Shown: positions 1 to 10,023, numbered from the stretch's first letter. The stretch is DNA of 64,000 nt from an uncultured Gammaproteobacteria bacterium (GCA_913045115.1 CAJWPJ010000001.1:7415-71414); one strand, 5' to 3'. Notes: generated by a model not told the origin, from the letters alone. Numbers and translations are program-made.

Positions 1-543
1 TAATGGCTCAATACTACTTTTACTAAAGCCTATTACTATTACGCCATCATTAACCATGGAAACTACACTTTTGAGATTGTCTTCGTTAAGTATTCTCTCA
101 TAAACATTACAAATATTATGAGGCAATCTTTCGCTTAAAAGGTAATTTTGGATTGTTTCTTTGCCCCCAATTCCTTTCAGTAATAAAACATTTCCTAAAT
201 CATAGCCGTTATCTTTAATTTTATTTATCAGGCCAATGCTTGAATAGTTGTCGTCAGGAATAATGCAGTCAAGGCTGAACTTTCTCTTAACCCATGATCT
301 ACAGTTTGGTCCTATTCCATAAATGTACTTTGCGTTGTATATATGGTTATTACTTGCATCTATTTTTTTTATTGCATTTGCACTTTGAATAATTATAGTT
401 GTATATTCATCATCAATTGGGTATCTCTCAATATGGTGTATATCTTGTATCATGAGGTCATGAAATTTATAGCCATGAGCCATAAGAGACTCTTGGAGTT
501 CTTCTTTCATCGAGTAGTTGGATACCAATATGACGTCTAACAT
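1..543 (-). CDS. hemD: uroporphyrinogen-III synthase HemD (5-prime partial window edge; runs off window start)
   Basis: I translated the minus strand from ATG at 543 down to position 1: 181 codons with no stop (not in the ORF track because no stop lies inside the window). It overlaps the hemC stop by 7 nt. Sequence MLDVILVSNYS...LLLKGIGGKETIQNYLL...NVYERI aligns with the E. coli HemD region LILRGNGGRELIGDTL...ECYQR. The hemC-hemD order is the canonical one. Confidence 0.65.
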   Translation of the reverse strand, partial: MLDVILVSNYSMKEELQESLMAHGYKFHDLMIQDIHHIERYPIDDEYTTIIIQSANAIKKIDASNNHIYNAKYIYGIGPNCRSWVKRKFSLDCIIPDDNYSSIGLINKIKDNGYDLGNVLLLKGIGGKETIQNYLLSERLPHNICNVYERILNEDNLKSVVSMVNDGVIVIGFSKSSIEPL

Positions 544-1448
544 TTCAGCATACCTCTCGATCCCATCTTAAGAAATATTTTGGAGAGCTTGCTCGATAGG
601 TTTATGTAATCTTCTTTTTTGCCCTCTATTTTATTTTTGATGTACCTGGTCCCATCTAGTGAGGCTACAAAACCAGTAATAGAAATCATATTCTCTTTTA
701 CTTCTGCATAAGCTCCTATGGGTGACATACAATCCCCATCTAATTCTGCAGTAAATATTCTCTCAGCTCTTGAGCATATTTCAGTGTTTTTGTGAACAAG
801 CTTATTTATTTTTTGAATTATTTTTTTATTTTTATTCAAACACTCAATACAGAGCACACCCTGACCAGGTGATGGGACGAACGTATCTATGTTAAGTTCT
901 TCAGTTATTAAATTACCCATCTCCATTCTCTGCAGACCTGCTTTGGCTAGAACAATTCCATCGATTTTGGAATCTTGAAGTTTCTTAAGTCTTGTATTGA
1001 TGTTGCCTCTTAGTCCTATGACATCTATGTTTCCAACAAAATGTTTAATCATGGCTTGCCTTCGTGGACTAGATGAGCCTATAGTCCCGCTTGAGATCTG
1101 TGCAATACTTTTGTGTGAGTTTGATATAAAAACATCCCTAGGATCCTCTCTTTTCATAATACTTGTAATCAAAAAGTTTTCGTCTAACTTAGCAGGAACA
1201 TCTTTCATAGAGTGGACCGCTATATCGGCTTCACCTCTGATAAGAGCATTTTCTAACTCTTTGAGAAACAAACCTTTACCACCATTTTTCTTGAACGTTT
1301 CTTGATCTACATTATCGCCACTGGTGCTCATTGCGACTATCTCTACATTACTGAAGATATTATTATCAAGTAAATTATCTTTTACCAAGTTTGCCTGACG
1401 AAGTGCTAGAGGACTTTTTCTTGTGGCCAGCTTTATATTTCCTTGCAT
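537..1448 (-). CDS. hemC: porphobilinogen deaminase (hydroxymethylbilane synthase)
   Basis: 303 aa, with a typical HemC N-terminus (KLATRKSPLALRQA) and the cofactor-binding region around CMSPIGAYA. Confidence 0.95.
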   Translation of the reverse strand: MQGNIKLATRKSPLALRQANLVKDNLLDNNIFSNVEIVAMSTSGDNVDQETFKKNGGKGLFLKELENALIRGEADIAVHSMKDVPAKLDENFLITSIMKREDPRDVFISNSHKSIAQISSGTIGSSSPRRQAMIKHFVGNIDVIGLRGNINTRLKKLQDSKIDGIVLAKAGLQRMEMGNLITEELNIDTFVPSPGQGVLCIECLNKNKKIIQKINKLVHKNTEICSRAERIFTAELDGDCMSPIGAYAEVKENMISITGFVASLDGTRYIKNKIEGKKEDYINLSSKLSKIFLKMGSRGMLKC

Positions 1449-1520
1449 AGTTGTATTACCAGAAATTCATATATATTATACTGGCAATAAGAAAGATATT
1501 AAAACTTCTAGAGGGATAAT

Positions 1521-2912
1521 GTGAAAAACTCAACTTGGTCAGGCAGATTTAAAAAAGGACTTGATAGTGAAGTTCTTGAATTTTCTGAGAGCGTTAGTGT
1601 AGACCACCTTCTATTTGATGCAGATATAAAAGTTTGTGTTGCCCACGTAGAGATGCTTGGCGAGTGTAAAATAATCACTAAACAAGAATCTAAGAAATTA
1701 TGCAAAGGTCTTCAAAAGGTCAAAAAGAAATATGATGATGGTAAATTGTCACTATCAATAAAGTTGGAAGATGTCCATATGAATATTGAACAGGCACTAA
1801 CTAAAGAGGTTGGCGATCTTGGCAAGAAGATACACATGGGCAGATCTAGAAATGACCTTGTTTCAACGGATCTTAGATTGTACCTGAGAGATTGTGTAGA
1901 TTTAATTTCGACAAAAATTAAGGATGCTAGATATGCAACAGCCTTGATAGCGTTGAATAACGCAGATGTGGTTTTCCCAGGTTACACACATATGCAGCTC
2001 GCGCAGCCAGTCACATTTGGTCACCACATTCTTGCTTGGCATGCAATGTTAGAGAGGGATGAGATTAGATTGAAAAATGTTAGAGAGAGTATCAACGTCA
2101 TGCCCCTGGGAAGTGCGGCTTTGGCTGGTACACCCTATGCAATCAAAAGAGAATCTGTCGCTAAGAAACTTGGCTTCAAAACAATATCAAATAATTCAAT
2201 GGACGCGGTGAGCGATAGAGACTTTGTCTGTGATTTCGCATATGCCTGTTCCATTATAATGACACACTTATCTAGGATGTCTGAAGAACTAATTTATTGG
2301 ATGAATACACACATCAATCTTGTAGACATGGATGAGGCTTTTTGCACAGGTTCATCTATAATGCCACAAAAGAAAAATCCAGATGTCCCTGAGCTGATTA
2401 GGGGTAAATGTGGAACTACGATTGGTGCACTTACTTCCCTATTAGTTCTAATGAAGGGTCTACCATTAACGTATAATAGAGACATGCAAGAAGATAAGGG
2501 CATCATTATTGAGTCTATTTCTGAAACACTATCATGTTTGAATTTAATGCCGAGATTGATTTTAACTCTAAAGGTTAACAAAGAGAGAGCCCTGAGCTTC
2601 TCTAAGCAAGGCTATTCAAATGCTACAGACCTCGCTGACTATTTATCAATGAAGGGCGTCCCATTCAGGGACTCTCATGAAATTGTCGGCAAGATAGTAA
2701 GGCATGCTGAACAAAAAAATAGTACGCTTGAGGACCTTCCAATCAATGAGCTAAAAAAGTTTTCCGCTATGATTGAAGACGATTTATATTCTGCAATTGA
2801 TATAGAAAAATCAATTCATAAAAAAACTGCAACAGGTTCAACATCACCCTCGAACGTCAAAAAAGCTGCAAAGAAAATATTAAATTCTCTCCAGAAAGAT
2901 GGCTACAACTAA
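1521..2912 (+). CDS. argH: argininosuccinate lyase
   Basis: 463 aa. It carries the fumarate-lyase signature GSSIMPQKKNPD and the N-terminal WSGRF motif. The ORF starts on GTG per the ORF track. It is divergent from hemC. Confidence 0.95.
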   Translation: MKNSTWSGRFKKGLDSEVLEFSESVSVDHLLFDADIKVCVAHVEMLGECKIITKQESKKLCKGLQKVKKKYDDGKLSLSIKLEDVHMNIEQALTKEVGDLGKKIHMGRSRNDLVSTDLRLYLRDCVDLISTKIKDARYATALIALNNADVVFPGYTHMQLAQPVTFGHHILAWHAMLERDEIRLKNVRESINVMPLGSAALAGTPYAIKRESVAKKLGFKTISNNSMDAVSDRDFVCDFAYACSIIMTHLSRMSEELIYWMNTHINLVDMDEAFCTGSSIMPQKKNPDVPELIRGKCGTTIGALTSLLVLMKGLPLTYNRDMQEDKGIIIESISETLSCLNLMPRLILTLKVNKERALSFSKQGYSNATDLADYLSMKGVPFRDSHEIVGKIVRHAEQKNSTLEDLPINELKKFSAMIEDDLYSAIDIEKSIHKKTATGSTSPSNVKKAAKKILNSLQKDGYN

Positions 2913-3261
2913 AAAGTATTCATCAGTATTTGTCATACTTATATTCTTCTTAAGCGCTAATGTTTTTGCCTCAGCAAAAATACCTACAATTAAAGAATAT
3001 ATACAAGACAAAGAATCATATGATTCATATATCTATGGTTTAGAAAGTGGACTAGAGTGGGCATCAGAGCATTACTTTAGAAAGCATAATATTGAAATGT
3101 ACTGTAAGCCTGGAAACGTACAATTACCCGCATCCCGATTAAGAGAGATGATAGACAGAACAATTAATGCAAAACCTGGGTTTTTTAAGAAGTATGAGAA
3201 TCAAAAGCTTTTAGGGTTAGCTCTTAGAAACGGTTACCTAGAGGAGTTTCAATGCCAATAA
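2899..3261 (+). CDS. hypothetical small secreted protein (Sec signal peptide, two Cys)
   Basis: 120 aa. The N-terminus MATTKKYSSVFVILIFFLSANVFA/SAK is a classic signal peptide. Its ATG overlaps the argH stop by 14 nt, suggesting translational coupling. I recognise no family. Confidence 0.5.
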   Translation: MATTKKYSSVFVILIFFLSANVFASAKIPTIKEYIQDKESYDSYIYGLESGLEWASEHYFRKHNIEMYCKPGNVQLPASRLREMIDRTINAKPGFFKKYENQKLLGLALRNGYLEEFQCQ

Positions 3262-3330
3262 GGCTTGTTAGAATCCTGTGAATTTTGTAATATACTTAGT
3301 CTAATAGGGTTAATTTACAGGAGGAGTAAA

Positions 3331-3687
3331 ATGCCAGATCATCCAGTACCACAAGGAGATGACATCATATTACCTGACGGAACCAAGGTAGGTTCATGGA
3401 ACGGTGAAGATGTGAAAGATCTTCAGGTAGAGGTCCAAAGAATAATGAAGGAACAGAAAGCAAGCGGAGCCGATAGAAATAATTTATTAATCCGTTTTGG
3501 AATTCCTCATATGGATCAGACACCAGATCATCTTAAGACCTTCATTGCATACGCTTTATGGGGCGTAGACAAAAAGGGCATGTGTCTTACGCACAGAAGA
3601 GCAGATCACTTTGAATCAGTTGAGAAGATCAATGAAAAATATGGAAGTGAAACTGCAATGGCTGCAGCTCAGAGACATAGAGACTAA
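3331..3687 (+). CDS. hypothetical protein (cytoplasmic, unknown family)
   Basis: I chose the start at the ATG at 3331, which is preceded by a strong AGGAGG Shine-Dalgarno about 8 nt upstream (3319-3324). The ORF-track start at 3265 reads through that RBS. The protein is 118 aa (MPDHPVPQGDD...) and a hairpin terminator follows. Confidence 0.5.
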   Translation: MPDHPVPQGDDIILPDGTKVGSWNGEDVKDLQVEVQRIMKEQKASGADRNNLLIRFGIPHMDQTPDHLKTFIAYALWGVDKKGMCLTHRRADHFESVEKINEKYGSETAMAAAQRHRD

Positions 3688-3695
3688 TATCTAGA

Positions 3696-3733
3696 TTTAA
3701 AGGGCGGACACTCTGCCCTTTAAAGTTTTTTAT
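3696..3733. terminator. Rho-independent terminator, palindromic (bidirectional) between convergent genes
   Basis: A perfect 10-bp stem, TTTAAAGGGC (3696-3705) pairing with GCCCTTTAAA (3715-3724), extends by GGA/TCT around a 3-nt loop. It is followed by GTTTTTTAT. It lies between the stop of the 3331-3687 ORF and the stop of the minus-strand esterase. Confidence 0.8.
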
Positions 3734-4340
3734 ACAACCAATCAGTCAAATTATTAATCATTCCCTTGCTAATAGTATGACCACAGTCATCTATAAACTC
3801 TGTGTAGCTTAGTTTATTGTCCTTCAAAAAATCAATGGAACGTTTATGTGTCTCTATACTTATAGTTGTATCATTACTTCCATGCGCAATATAAACATCT
3901 TTGTTTTTATCTGAGACATTAATTTTGGATGCAGATGGAACATACCCTGATATTGCAATTATTCCATGATTTTTAATGTCATTATTTAGCCCCATTGATA
4001 ATGAGAGTGCTGCCCCTTGTGAAAAACCACCAAGGTATGTTTTTCTGTCTTTATTTATGTAACTTTGAAGTGTTTCAGATATATTCTTTTTTGAATTTTC
4101 TATACCGATGTCATCTTCAACCACCGATCCATTAAGAGTTGATGGTAACGGGTACCAAGACCTTTTACCATCGCATATTGGGGCATTCGGCATGACAACA
4201 AATAGCCTACCATCTAAATTCAAGTTAAGCAGTTTAATGAAAGGCTCAAACCCCCAATTATTTGCCCCATATCCATGGAACCATATTAATGTTAAGTCCG
4301 CACTGCTTTCATCGCCAACGGTTATTATATCTAGATTCAT
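3720..4340 (-). CDS. phospholipase/carboxylesterase-family alpha/beta hydrolase
   Basis: 206 aa. It has the WFHGYGAN oxyanion region and the GFSQGAALSL nucleophile elbow (GxSxG), with the His near the C-terminus (CGHTIS). Confidence 0.8.
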   Translation of the reverse strand: MNLDIITVGDESSADLTLIWFHGYGANNWGFEPFIKLLNLNLDGRLFVVMPNAPICDGKRSWYPLPSTLNGSVVEDDIGIENSKKNISETLQSYINKDRKTYLGGFSQGAALSLSMGLNNDIKNHGIIAISGYVPSASKINVSDKNKDVYIAHGSNDTTISIETHKRSIDFLKDNKLSYTEFIDDCGHTISKGMINNLTDWLYKKL

Positions 4341-4391
4341 TTATATCAAAACTCCGCTATATGTCTGTCTGAATTAGACTATAATATCACT

Positions 4392-4520
4392 ATGTATACA
4401 AATACATCGAAGAAACTTATTTTACTATTTATTATTACTGTGTCTTCCATATTTATTTCAGGCTGTGGTAATAAGGGACCATTAAAACCTCCTCAAAATA
4501 TTGTATATACGACAAAGTAA
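4392..4520 (+). CDS. lptM: LptM/YifL-family small lipoprotein (42 aa), missed by the ORF track because it is under 60 aa
   Basis: The protein is MYTNTSKKLILLFIITVSSIFISGCGNKGPLKPPQNIVYTTK. It has a lipobox (ISGC) followed by the GxKGPL motif typical of E. coli YifL/LptM. It sits directly upstream of lysA/dapF/xerC, as yifL does in E. coli and lppL does in Pseudomonas. Confidence 0.6.
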   Translation: MYTNTSKKLILLFIITVSSIFISGCGNKGPLKPPQNIVYTTK

Positions 4521-4522
4521 CA

Positions 4523-5758
4523 TTGAACTCTCTAGAATATAACAACGGCAGTCTTTTCTTTGATGGCATATCACTTGAGACTATTGCAAAAAAAATTAAA
4601 ACACCATTTTATATCTATTCAGAGGAATCAATAAAGAAGAACATTAGTGATTATCTTGCAGACGCAACTAGTGAGACATTATTTTGTTATTCTGTTAAAG
4701 CAAACTCTAACATCTCTTTACTTAAACTTATCGCATCGCAAGGTATGGGTTTTGATGTCGTATCAAAAGGTGAACTACACCGCGCAATAAAAGCCGGAGC
4801 AAACCCTAAGCGAATTGTTTACTCTGGTGTTGGTAAAACAAAAGAAGAAATTGCATATGCACTCAATAATAAAATTCTTTGTTTTAATGTTGAATCTGAA
4901 GAGGAGTTATATGCCATAAATAGCCAAGCTACTTTAATGAAAACTAGAGCTAATGTGTCTATAAGGGTAAACCCAGATGTTAAGGTGGTAACGCATCCGT
5001 ATATATCTACTGGTATGAAAGAGAATAAATTTGGAATTGCTTATGAAGACGCGCTTGGTATTTATCAAAAGGCCAAAAAACTAGACTCGATAGATATTAT
5101 TGGAATAGACTTTCATATTGGATCACAAATAACTTCAATTGAACCTTACTTGGACTCCATCTCTTCTATTAAAAATCTTATAACAAAGCTTGAAAAAAAT
5201 GATATAAAACTAAGTCACATAGATGTAGGAGGTGGTTTAGGTATTAGTTATGAAAATGAAAAGCTCATAAGCAAGCAAGACTTTATTAAAATGATTATTA
5301 ATTCTCTTACCGACTTAAATTTGAATATTATATTTGAGCCAGGCAGATCTATTGTTGGAGACTGCGGAATATTAGTTAGTCAAGTTCAGTATGTAAAAGA
5401 GTCAAAGTCGAAAAATTTTTTAATCATAGACGCAAGTATGTCGGAGCTAATGAGACCACCTCTGTACGGAGCATATCACAAAATTACACCTGTAAAAAAA
5501 AGCAATCACTCAAATAAAATTTTTGATGTTGTTGGTCCAGTATGTGAAAGCGCAGATTTTCTTGGAAAGGATCGGGAATTAAATTGCCAGTCGGGTGATT
5601 TAGTAGTTATAGAGGATGTGGGAGCGTACGGTTCTGTCCTGTCATCTAACTACAATACTCGACCTAGGCCTGCAGAATATATTATATCTAATAATGAGGT
5701 CAAACTCATAAGATCTGCAGATACTCTAGATCAAATTATTGAAAACGAAAATTGTTAG
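4523..5758 (+). CDS. lysA: diaminopimelate decarboxylase
   Basis: 411 aa, a group IV PLP decarboxylase (FCYSVKAN, GGGLGI, EPGRSIVG, CESAD). It starts on TTG immediately after the lptM stop. Confidence 0.9.
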   Translation: MNSLEYNNGSLFFDGISLETIAKKIKTPFYIYSEESIKKNISDYLADATSETLFCYSVKANSNISLLKLIASQGMGFDVVSKGELHRAIKAGANPKRIVYSGVGKTKEEIAYALNNKILCFNVESEEELYAINSQATLMKTRANVSIRVNPDVKVVTHPYISTGMKENKFGIAYEDALGIYQKAKKLDSIDIIGIDFHIGSQITSIEPYLDSISSIKNLITKLEKNDIKLSHIDVGGGLGISYENEKLISKQDFIKMIINSLTDLNLNIIFEPGRSIVGDCGILVSQVQYVKESKSKNFLIIDASMSELMRPPLYGAYHKITPVKKSNHSNKIFDVVGPVCESADFLGKDRELNCQSGDLVVIEDVGAYGSVLSSNYNTRPRPAEYIISNNEVKLIRSADTLDQIIENENC

Positions 5759-5781
5759 AACGAATATCTGAACCAGATCTA

Positions 5782-6411
5782 ATGGAAACTAAAGAGCAGG
5801 CATCTGCATATGCTCAAGCTAATTTTGCAGAATCAAATTCATTATTTTTAAAAAAACTCTTTGAATCATACCCAGTTTCAAATGAAACTAAAATACTTGA
5901 TGTTGGCTGTGGCGATGGGGAGATTCCAATAGCTATTTACAAAAGAAAAAATAGTCACATAACGGCTCTGGATGGCTCATCATTAATGCTGAATGAACTG
6001 ACACGAAAAATGACATTAAATAATATAAATAACATCAAGGTTGTTTGTCAAAAATATGAGGACAATGATTTTGAGGAAAAAAGTTTTGACCTTGTAATTA
6101 GTAACAGTGTTCTACATCATGTTAAATCTCCTATAAATTTTTGGGAAATGTCTCTTAATTTAATAAAACACAACGGACGAATAATAGTTATGGATTTATT
6201 CAGACCTACCGACGAAAAATACTTGTTAAATATACTAAACCAATATGGAGGTGCGAGTCATGTTCTCAAAAAAGATTTTGAGAACTCTCTTAGAGCGGCA
6301 TACACAATTCAAGAGGTAGAAGATCAGCTTTCTAGTTTTCCACAGATATCATCTTCTGTAAAATGTATCTCAGACCGACACTTTTTTGCTAATATAGAAT
6401 TAAAGAAATGA
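5782..6411 (+). CDS. class I SAM-dependent methyltransferase
   Basis: The SAM-binding motif I, ILDVGCGDGEI, is followed by an acidic motif II and then LVISNSVLHHV. The ORF opens at a TTG at 5752 overlapping lysA, but I prefer the first ATG at 5782. Its stop overlaps the dapF start (ATGA). Confidence 0.7.
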   Translation: METKEQASAYAQANFAESNSLFLKKLFESYPVSNETKILDVGCGDGEIPIAIYKRKNSHITALDGSSLMLNELTRKMTLNNINNIKVVCQKYEDNDFEEKSFDLVISNSVLHHVKSPINFWEMSLNLIKHNGRIIVMDLFRPTDEKYLLNILNQYGGASHVLKKDFENSLRAAYTIQEVEDQLSSFPQISSSVKCISDRHFFANIELKK

Positions 6412-7265
6412 TTCCATATTCAAAGTTAAATAGTCAAGGCAATGACTTCATCTTAGTGGAGAGAAGTCATCTTAAACATGATTTATCCATAGATCAAATC
6501 AAACACTTTTCGAAAAGAAGTGTTATAGGTTGCGATCAATTTTTTATTATTGATGTTTCAGAAAAAGAGAATGTCTTCTGTGATGTGTATAATCAAGATG
6601 GATCTAAAGCCTGTCAATGTGGTAACGGCCTCAGGGCGACAATGTTATACCTTAATAAGAAGTACAGGATGAAGAGGGCAAAGTTGGTCGTTTGTGAAAT
6701 TGCTTATGAGGCAGAGATAGATCAAGAACGAATTTCTATAAACATGGGAAGTCCGTCGTACGTAGAAAAGATCGAACAACTAAATGAAAAAAAATATCAA
6801 ATTACTAGAGATGGTCTTGCGGTGACAGTTAATGATATAGATAGTAGTATTAGTTTTTCCTTTATACCTCTCTCAATCGGTAATAGTCATTGCATCGTCT
6901 TCTCGCCAGATTGTATTGATCATAGACAACGAATATGTGAAATATTATCGGATCTATATAATGGTGAAATGAATGTCGGTTTCATTAAAAATGCAATGAG
7001 GTTTATTTCTAAGGAAGATAAAGAGATAGACCTTATTGTGAATGAGAGGGGTGCTGGTTATACAGATTCTTGTGGAAGTGGAGCCACCGCTGCAGCTATT
7101 TGTATGTTTAAATTATATGAGCTAAAACACGAGACCAGAGTTAGTGAATCTAAGATAAGAGTCCACCAGAAAGGAGGGTGCCTTGAAATCAAGAAGATTT
7201 ATGACCCGGATGAATTCGTGTTAGTTGGACCTAGTGCTTTCGACGGAGATGGATTACTTGAATAA
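6408..7265 (+). CDS. dapF: diaminopimelate epimerase
   Basis: 285 aa. It has GNDFILVE near the N-terminus and two active-site Cys regions (CGNGLRA and SCGSGATAAA). Confidence 0.9.
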   Translation: MIPYSKLNSQGNDFILVERSHLKHDLSIDQIKHFSKRSVIGCDQFFIIDVSEKENVFCDVYNQDGSKACQCGNGLRATMLYLNKKYRMKRAKLVVCEIAYEAEIDQERISINMGSPSYVEKIEQLNEKKYQITRDGLAVTVNDIDSSISFSFIPLSIGNSHCIVFSPDCIDHRQRICEILSDLYNGEMNVGFIKNAMRFISKEDKEIDLIVNERGAGYTDSCGSGATAAAICMFKLYELKHETRVSESKIRVHQKGGCLEIKKIYDPDEFVLVGPSAFDGDGLLE

Positions 7266-8139
7266 GACAGATTCAAATATTTATGATTTTCTCAGTTATT
7301 TGAAAAATGAGAAGCTTTATACACAAGATACGATCACAAATTATAATCTTGATCTGAAACAGTTTACAGAGTACATCTCCGATATTAATCGTGATGTATA
7401 TAATATAGAAAAAAAATCTATCGAGAAATTTTTTATGAACCTCAATAGCCTTGGCCTTTGTCCATCATCGCTTGCTAGGAAAGCTTCAACATTGAGGTCA
7501 TATTTTATGTTTTTATTGAAGACGTCGATGATTTCATCTAATCCAATGTTGGGTATAAAGACACCAAAGCTATCTAAAAAATTACCCAATATATTATCAG
7601 TGAGAGATATCGATACTCTATGTGACATCAAGGTTGATAGTGTAGTTGCAAAAAGAGATAAAGCTATTATAGAGGTTATGTACAGCTCTGCTTTAAGGTT
7701 GAGTGAGTTATCTGGTTTAAATCTTGATTCAGTAGACACTAGCTCGAAGTATGTAAAAGTTTTGGGTAAAGGAAGCAAAGAGAGAATCCTACCATTAGGA
7801 GCAAAAGCAACAGATGCCTTGTGCGAATGGATTTCAGCAAGAGCTGGATACAATCCTACTAATAATGCATTATTTATCAACAAGTATGGGGGTAGACTCT
7901 CAAACAGATCAATTCAGACTCGAATAAACTTTTGGGTAAAAAAACAGGGCTTGAATTGTAAGATATCACCCCATACATTAAGACATAGTTGTGCAACACA
8001 TCTTCTTGAGGCATCTGGAGATCTCAGGGCAGTACAAGAGTTTTTAGGCCACGAGGATATTAGTACAACACAAATATACACGAATATGGATTTTGAGCAT
8101 TTAAATAGGGTTTATAAACATAGTCATCCAAGAGCATAA
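7249..8139 (+). CDS. xerC: tyrosine recombinase XerC
   Basis: The C-terminal catalytic region is [35 protein letters not shown]. The ORF opens at 7225, but alignment to the XerC N-terminus favours the ATG at 7249 (MDYLNKTD...). Confidence 0.85.
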   Translation: MDYLNKTDSNIYDFLSYLKNEKLYTQDTITNYNLDLKQFTEYISDINRDVYNIEKKSIEKFFMNLNSLGLCPSSLARKASTLRSYFMFLLKTSMISSNPMLGIKTPKLSKKLPNILSVRDIDTLCDIKVDSVVAKRDKAIIEVMYSSALRLSELSGLNLDSVDTSSKYVKVLGKGSKERILPLGAKATDALCEWISARAGYNPTNNALFINKYGGRLSNRSIQTRINFWVKKQGLNCKISPHTLRHSCATHLLEASGDLRAVQEFLGHEDISTTQIYTNMDFEHLNRVYKHSHPRA

Positions 8140-8141
8140 AT

Positions 8142-8690
8142 ATGAACAATAACGAAAAATTTCATGGTACTACAATAGTTGGCGTTAGAAGGAACAACGA
8201 GGTTGTTGTTGGTGGTGATGGTCAAGTCACTCTTGGAAGTACGGTGATGAAAAATAACGCAAAAAAAGTTCGAAGACTCTACAAAGATAATGTTATTGCT
8301 GGTTTTGCTGGCGCTACCGCTGATGCATTCACTCTCTTCGAAAAATTTGAGGGTAAGCTTGAGAAGTATAGTGGACATTTGACAAGGTCAGCTGTTGAGT
8401 TAGCAAAGGACTGGCGCACAGACAAGATGCTTAGAAATCTAGAGGCTCTTCTTATTGTTGCTGACAAAGATGTTTCTCTTCTTATATCTGGCAACGGAGA
8501 TGTCATTGAGCCGCAAGACTCTATAATTGCAATTGGATCAGGCGGTTCGTTTGCACAAGCAGCCGCAAAAGCTCTTTTCGATAATACTGACCTATCGGGT
8601 AAGGAAATTGTAACAAAATCATTAAACATTGCATCTGACATATGCATTTATACGAATTCAAATCTTACTATCGAGAAAATAAATGTCTGA
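8142..8690 (+). CDS. hslV: ATP-dependent protease subunit HslV
   Basis: 182 aa, with GTTIVGVR near the N-terminus (catalytic Thr) and GSGGSFA. Confidence 0.95.
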   Translation: MNNNEKFHGTTIVGVRRNNEVVVGGDGQVTLGSTVMKNNAKKVRRLYKDNVIAGFAGATADAFTLFEKFEGKLEKYSGHLTRSAVELAKDWRTDKMLRNLEALLIVADKDVSLLISGNGDVIEPQDSIIAIGSGGSFAQAAAKALFDNTDLSGKEIVTKSLNIASDICIYTNSNLTIEKINV

Positions 8691-10023
8691 AATGACTCCC
8701 AGAGAAGTAGTACAAGAGCTAGACAAGCATATCATCGGTCAAGCTGACGCTAAAAGAGCTGTTGCTATTGCTTTGAGAAATAGGTGGAGAAGGTTGCAGT
8801 TACCTGAAAAAATCAGTAACGAGATCACTCCAAAAAATATTCTTATGATCGGGCCTACAGGTGTTGGAAAAACTGAAATAGCAAGAAGACTTGCTAAGCT
8901 TGCTCAAGCCCCTTTTATTAAAGTAGAAGCTACTAAGTTCACAGAAGTTGGGTATGTAGGTAAAGAGGTCGACTCTATTATTAGAGATTTAACAGAAATA
9001 GCAATAACTCAAGTTAAACAAAAGGCAATGACAAAAGTAAAGCATAGATCTGAGGAATTAGCCGAAGAAATAATATTGGATAAACTTTTACCATCAAGAG
9101 AGAATGATCTAGTTCAAGGTCTAGATAATACAGAGGCCATCGATAATAAAGAGACTAGACAGACACTTCGTAAGGATTTAAGAGAAGGAAAGCTTGATGA
9201 AAAAGAGATTGAGATTGATGTTAATGCCGCAATGCCATCCTTTGAGGTAATGGCACCTCCTGGTATGGAAGAGATGACCGATCAACTTCAGGGAATGTTT
9301 AAAAATCTTTCGAACAATAAAACTAACTTACAAAAAATGAAAATAAAAGATGCGCTAATAGTACTGGCTGATCAAGAAGCTAGGAAACTTGTTAATGATA
9401 ATGATCTTAAGCAGGATGCAATTAGGCAAGTTGAGCAGAATGGGATTGTGTTTATTGATGAGATCGACAAAGTTGCATCAAGATCTAATGCTGGGGGAGC
9501 AGATGTTTCAAGAGAAGGCGTTCAACGCGATCTTCTTCCACTAGTTGAAGGTTCTACAATAAACACTAAACACGGCCCTATTAAGACTGATCATATTTTA
9601 TTCATTGCTTCTGGAGCTTTTCATTTGTCAAAACCTTCAGACTTGATACCTGAGCTACAAGGTCGACTTCCCATAAGAGTTGAGCTTAATGCTTTATCTG
9701 TAGATGATTTTAAATCTATCCTAGTTGAGCCTGATTATTCTTTGACACAACAATACACCTCGCTTATGGAAACTGAAGGCGTAAAAATTACTTTTGATGA
9801 AGGTGCAATCGCTAGATTGTCAAAAATTGCATGGACTGTTAACGAAAAAACTGAAAATATAGGGGCTAGGAGATTACATACTATCATGGAGAGATTGCTT
9901 GAAAATTTATCATTCGACGCAAGTGATATGAAAAACACAACAATAAATATTAACGAGGAGTATGTAGATAAATATCTCAATGAATTTACGGAAAACGAAG
10001 ACTTAAGTAGGTATATTTTATGA
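8683..10023 (+). CDS. hslU: ATP-dependent protease ATPase subunit HslU
   Basis: 446 aa, with Walker [16 protein letters not shown], the I-domain and the sensor regions. It overlaps hslV by 8 nt. Confidence 0.95.
   Translation: MSEMTPREVVQELDKHIIGQADAKRAVAIALRNRWRRLQLPEKISNEITPKNILMIGPTGVGKTEIARRLAKLAQAPFIKVEATKFTEVGYVGKEVDSIIRDLTEIAITQVKQKAMTKVKHRSEELAEEIILDKLLPSRENDLVQGLDNTEAIDNKETRQTLRKDLREGKLDEKEIEIDVNAAMPSFEVMAPPGMEEMTDQLQGMFKNLSNNKTNLQKMKIKDALIVLADQEARKLVNDNDLKQDAIRQVEQNGIVFIDEIDKVASRSNAGGADVSREGVQRDLLPLVEGSTINTKHGPIKTDHILFIASGAFHLSKPSDLIPELQGRLPIRVELNALSVDDFKSILVEPDYSLTQQYTSLMETEGVKITFDEGAIARLSKIAWTVNEKTENIGARRLHTIMERLLENLSFDASDMKNTTININEEYVDKYLNEFTENEDLSRYIL

Noticed and set aside
343-540. 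A 65-aa plus-strand ORF from the track, in the region upstream of hemC
   Set aside because: It lies entirely inside the minus-strand hemD reading frame, which is open for 181 codons to the window edge and has recognisable HemD similarity. It is a shadow ORF.
997-1305. Antisense ORFs of 60-150 aa inside hemC and, similarly, inside argH, hslVU, recG, argB, hisA/hisF, tkt, rpoD, topA, pyk and others (e.g. 8279-8647, 21495-21950, 43845-44282, 44380-44814, 49324-49644)
   Set aside because: Each lies wholly within a long, well-supported CDS on the other strand and has a low-complexity composition typical of shadow frames. None has family similarity.
2899-3261. Ivy-type lysozyme inhibitor assignment for the small secreted protein, based on a CKP motif (YCKPGN)
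   Set aside because: The Ivy hallmark is CKPHDC with a second Cys in the loop. Here only CKP is present and the overall length and context do not match. I left it as a hypothetical.
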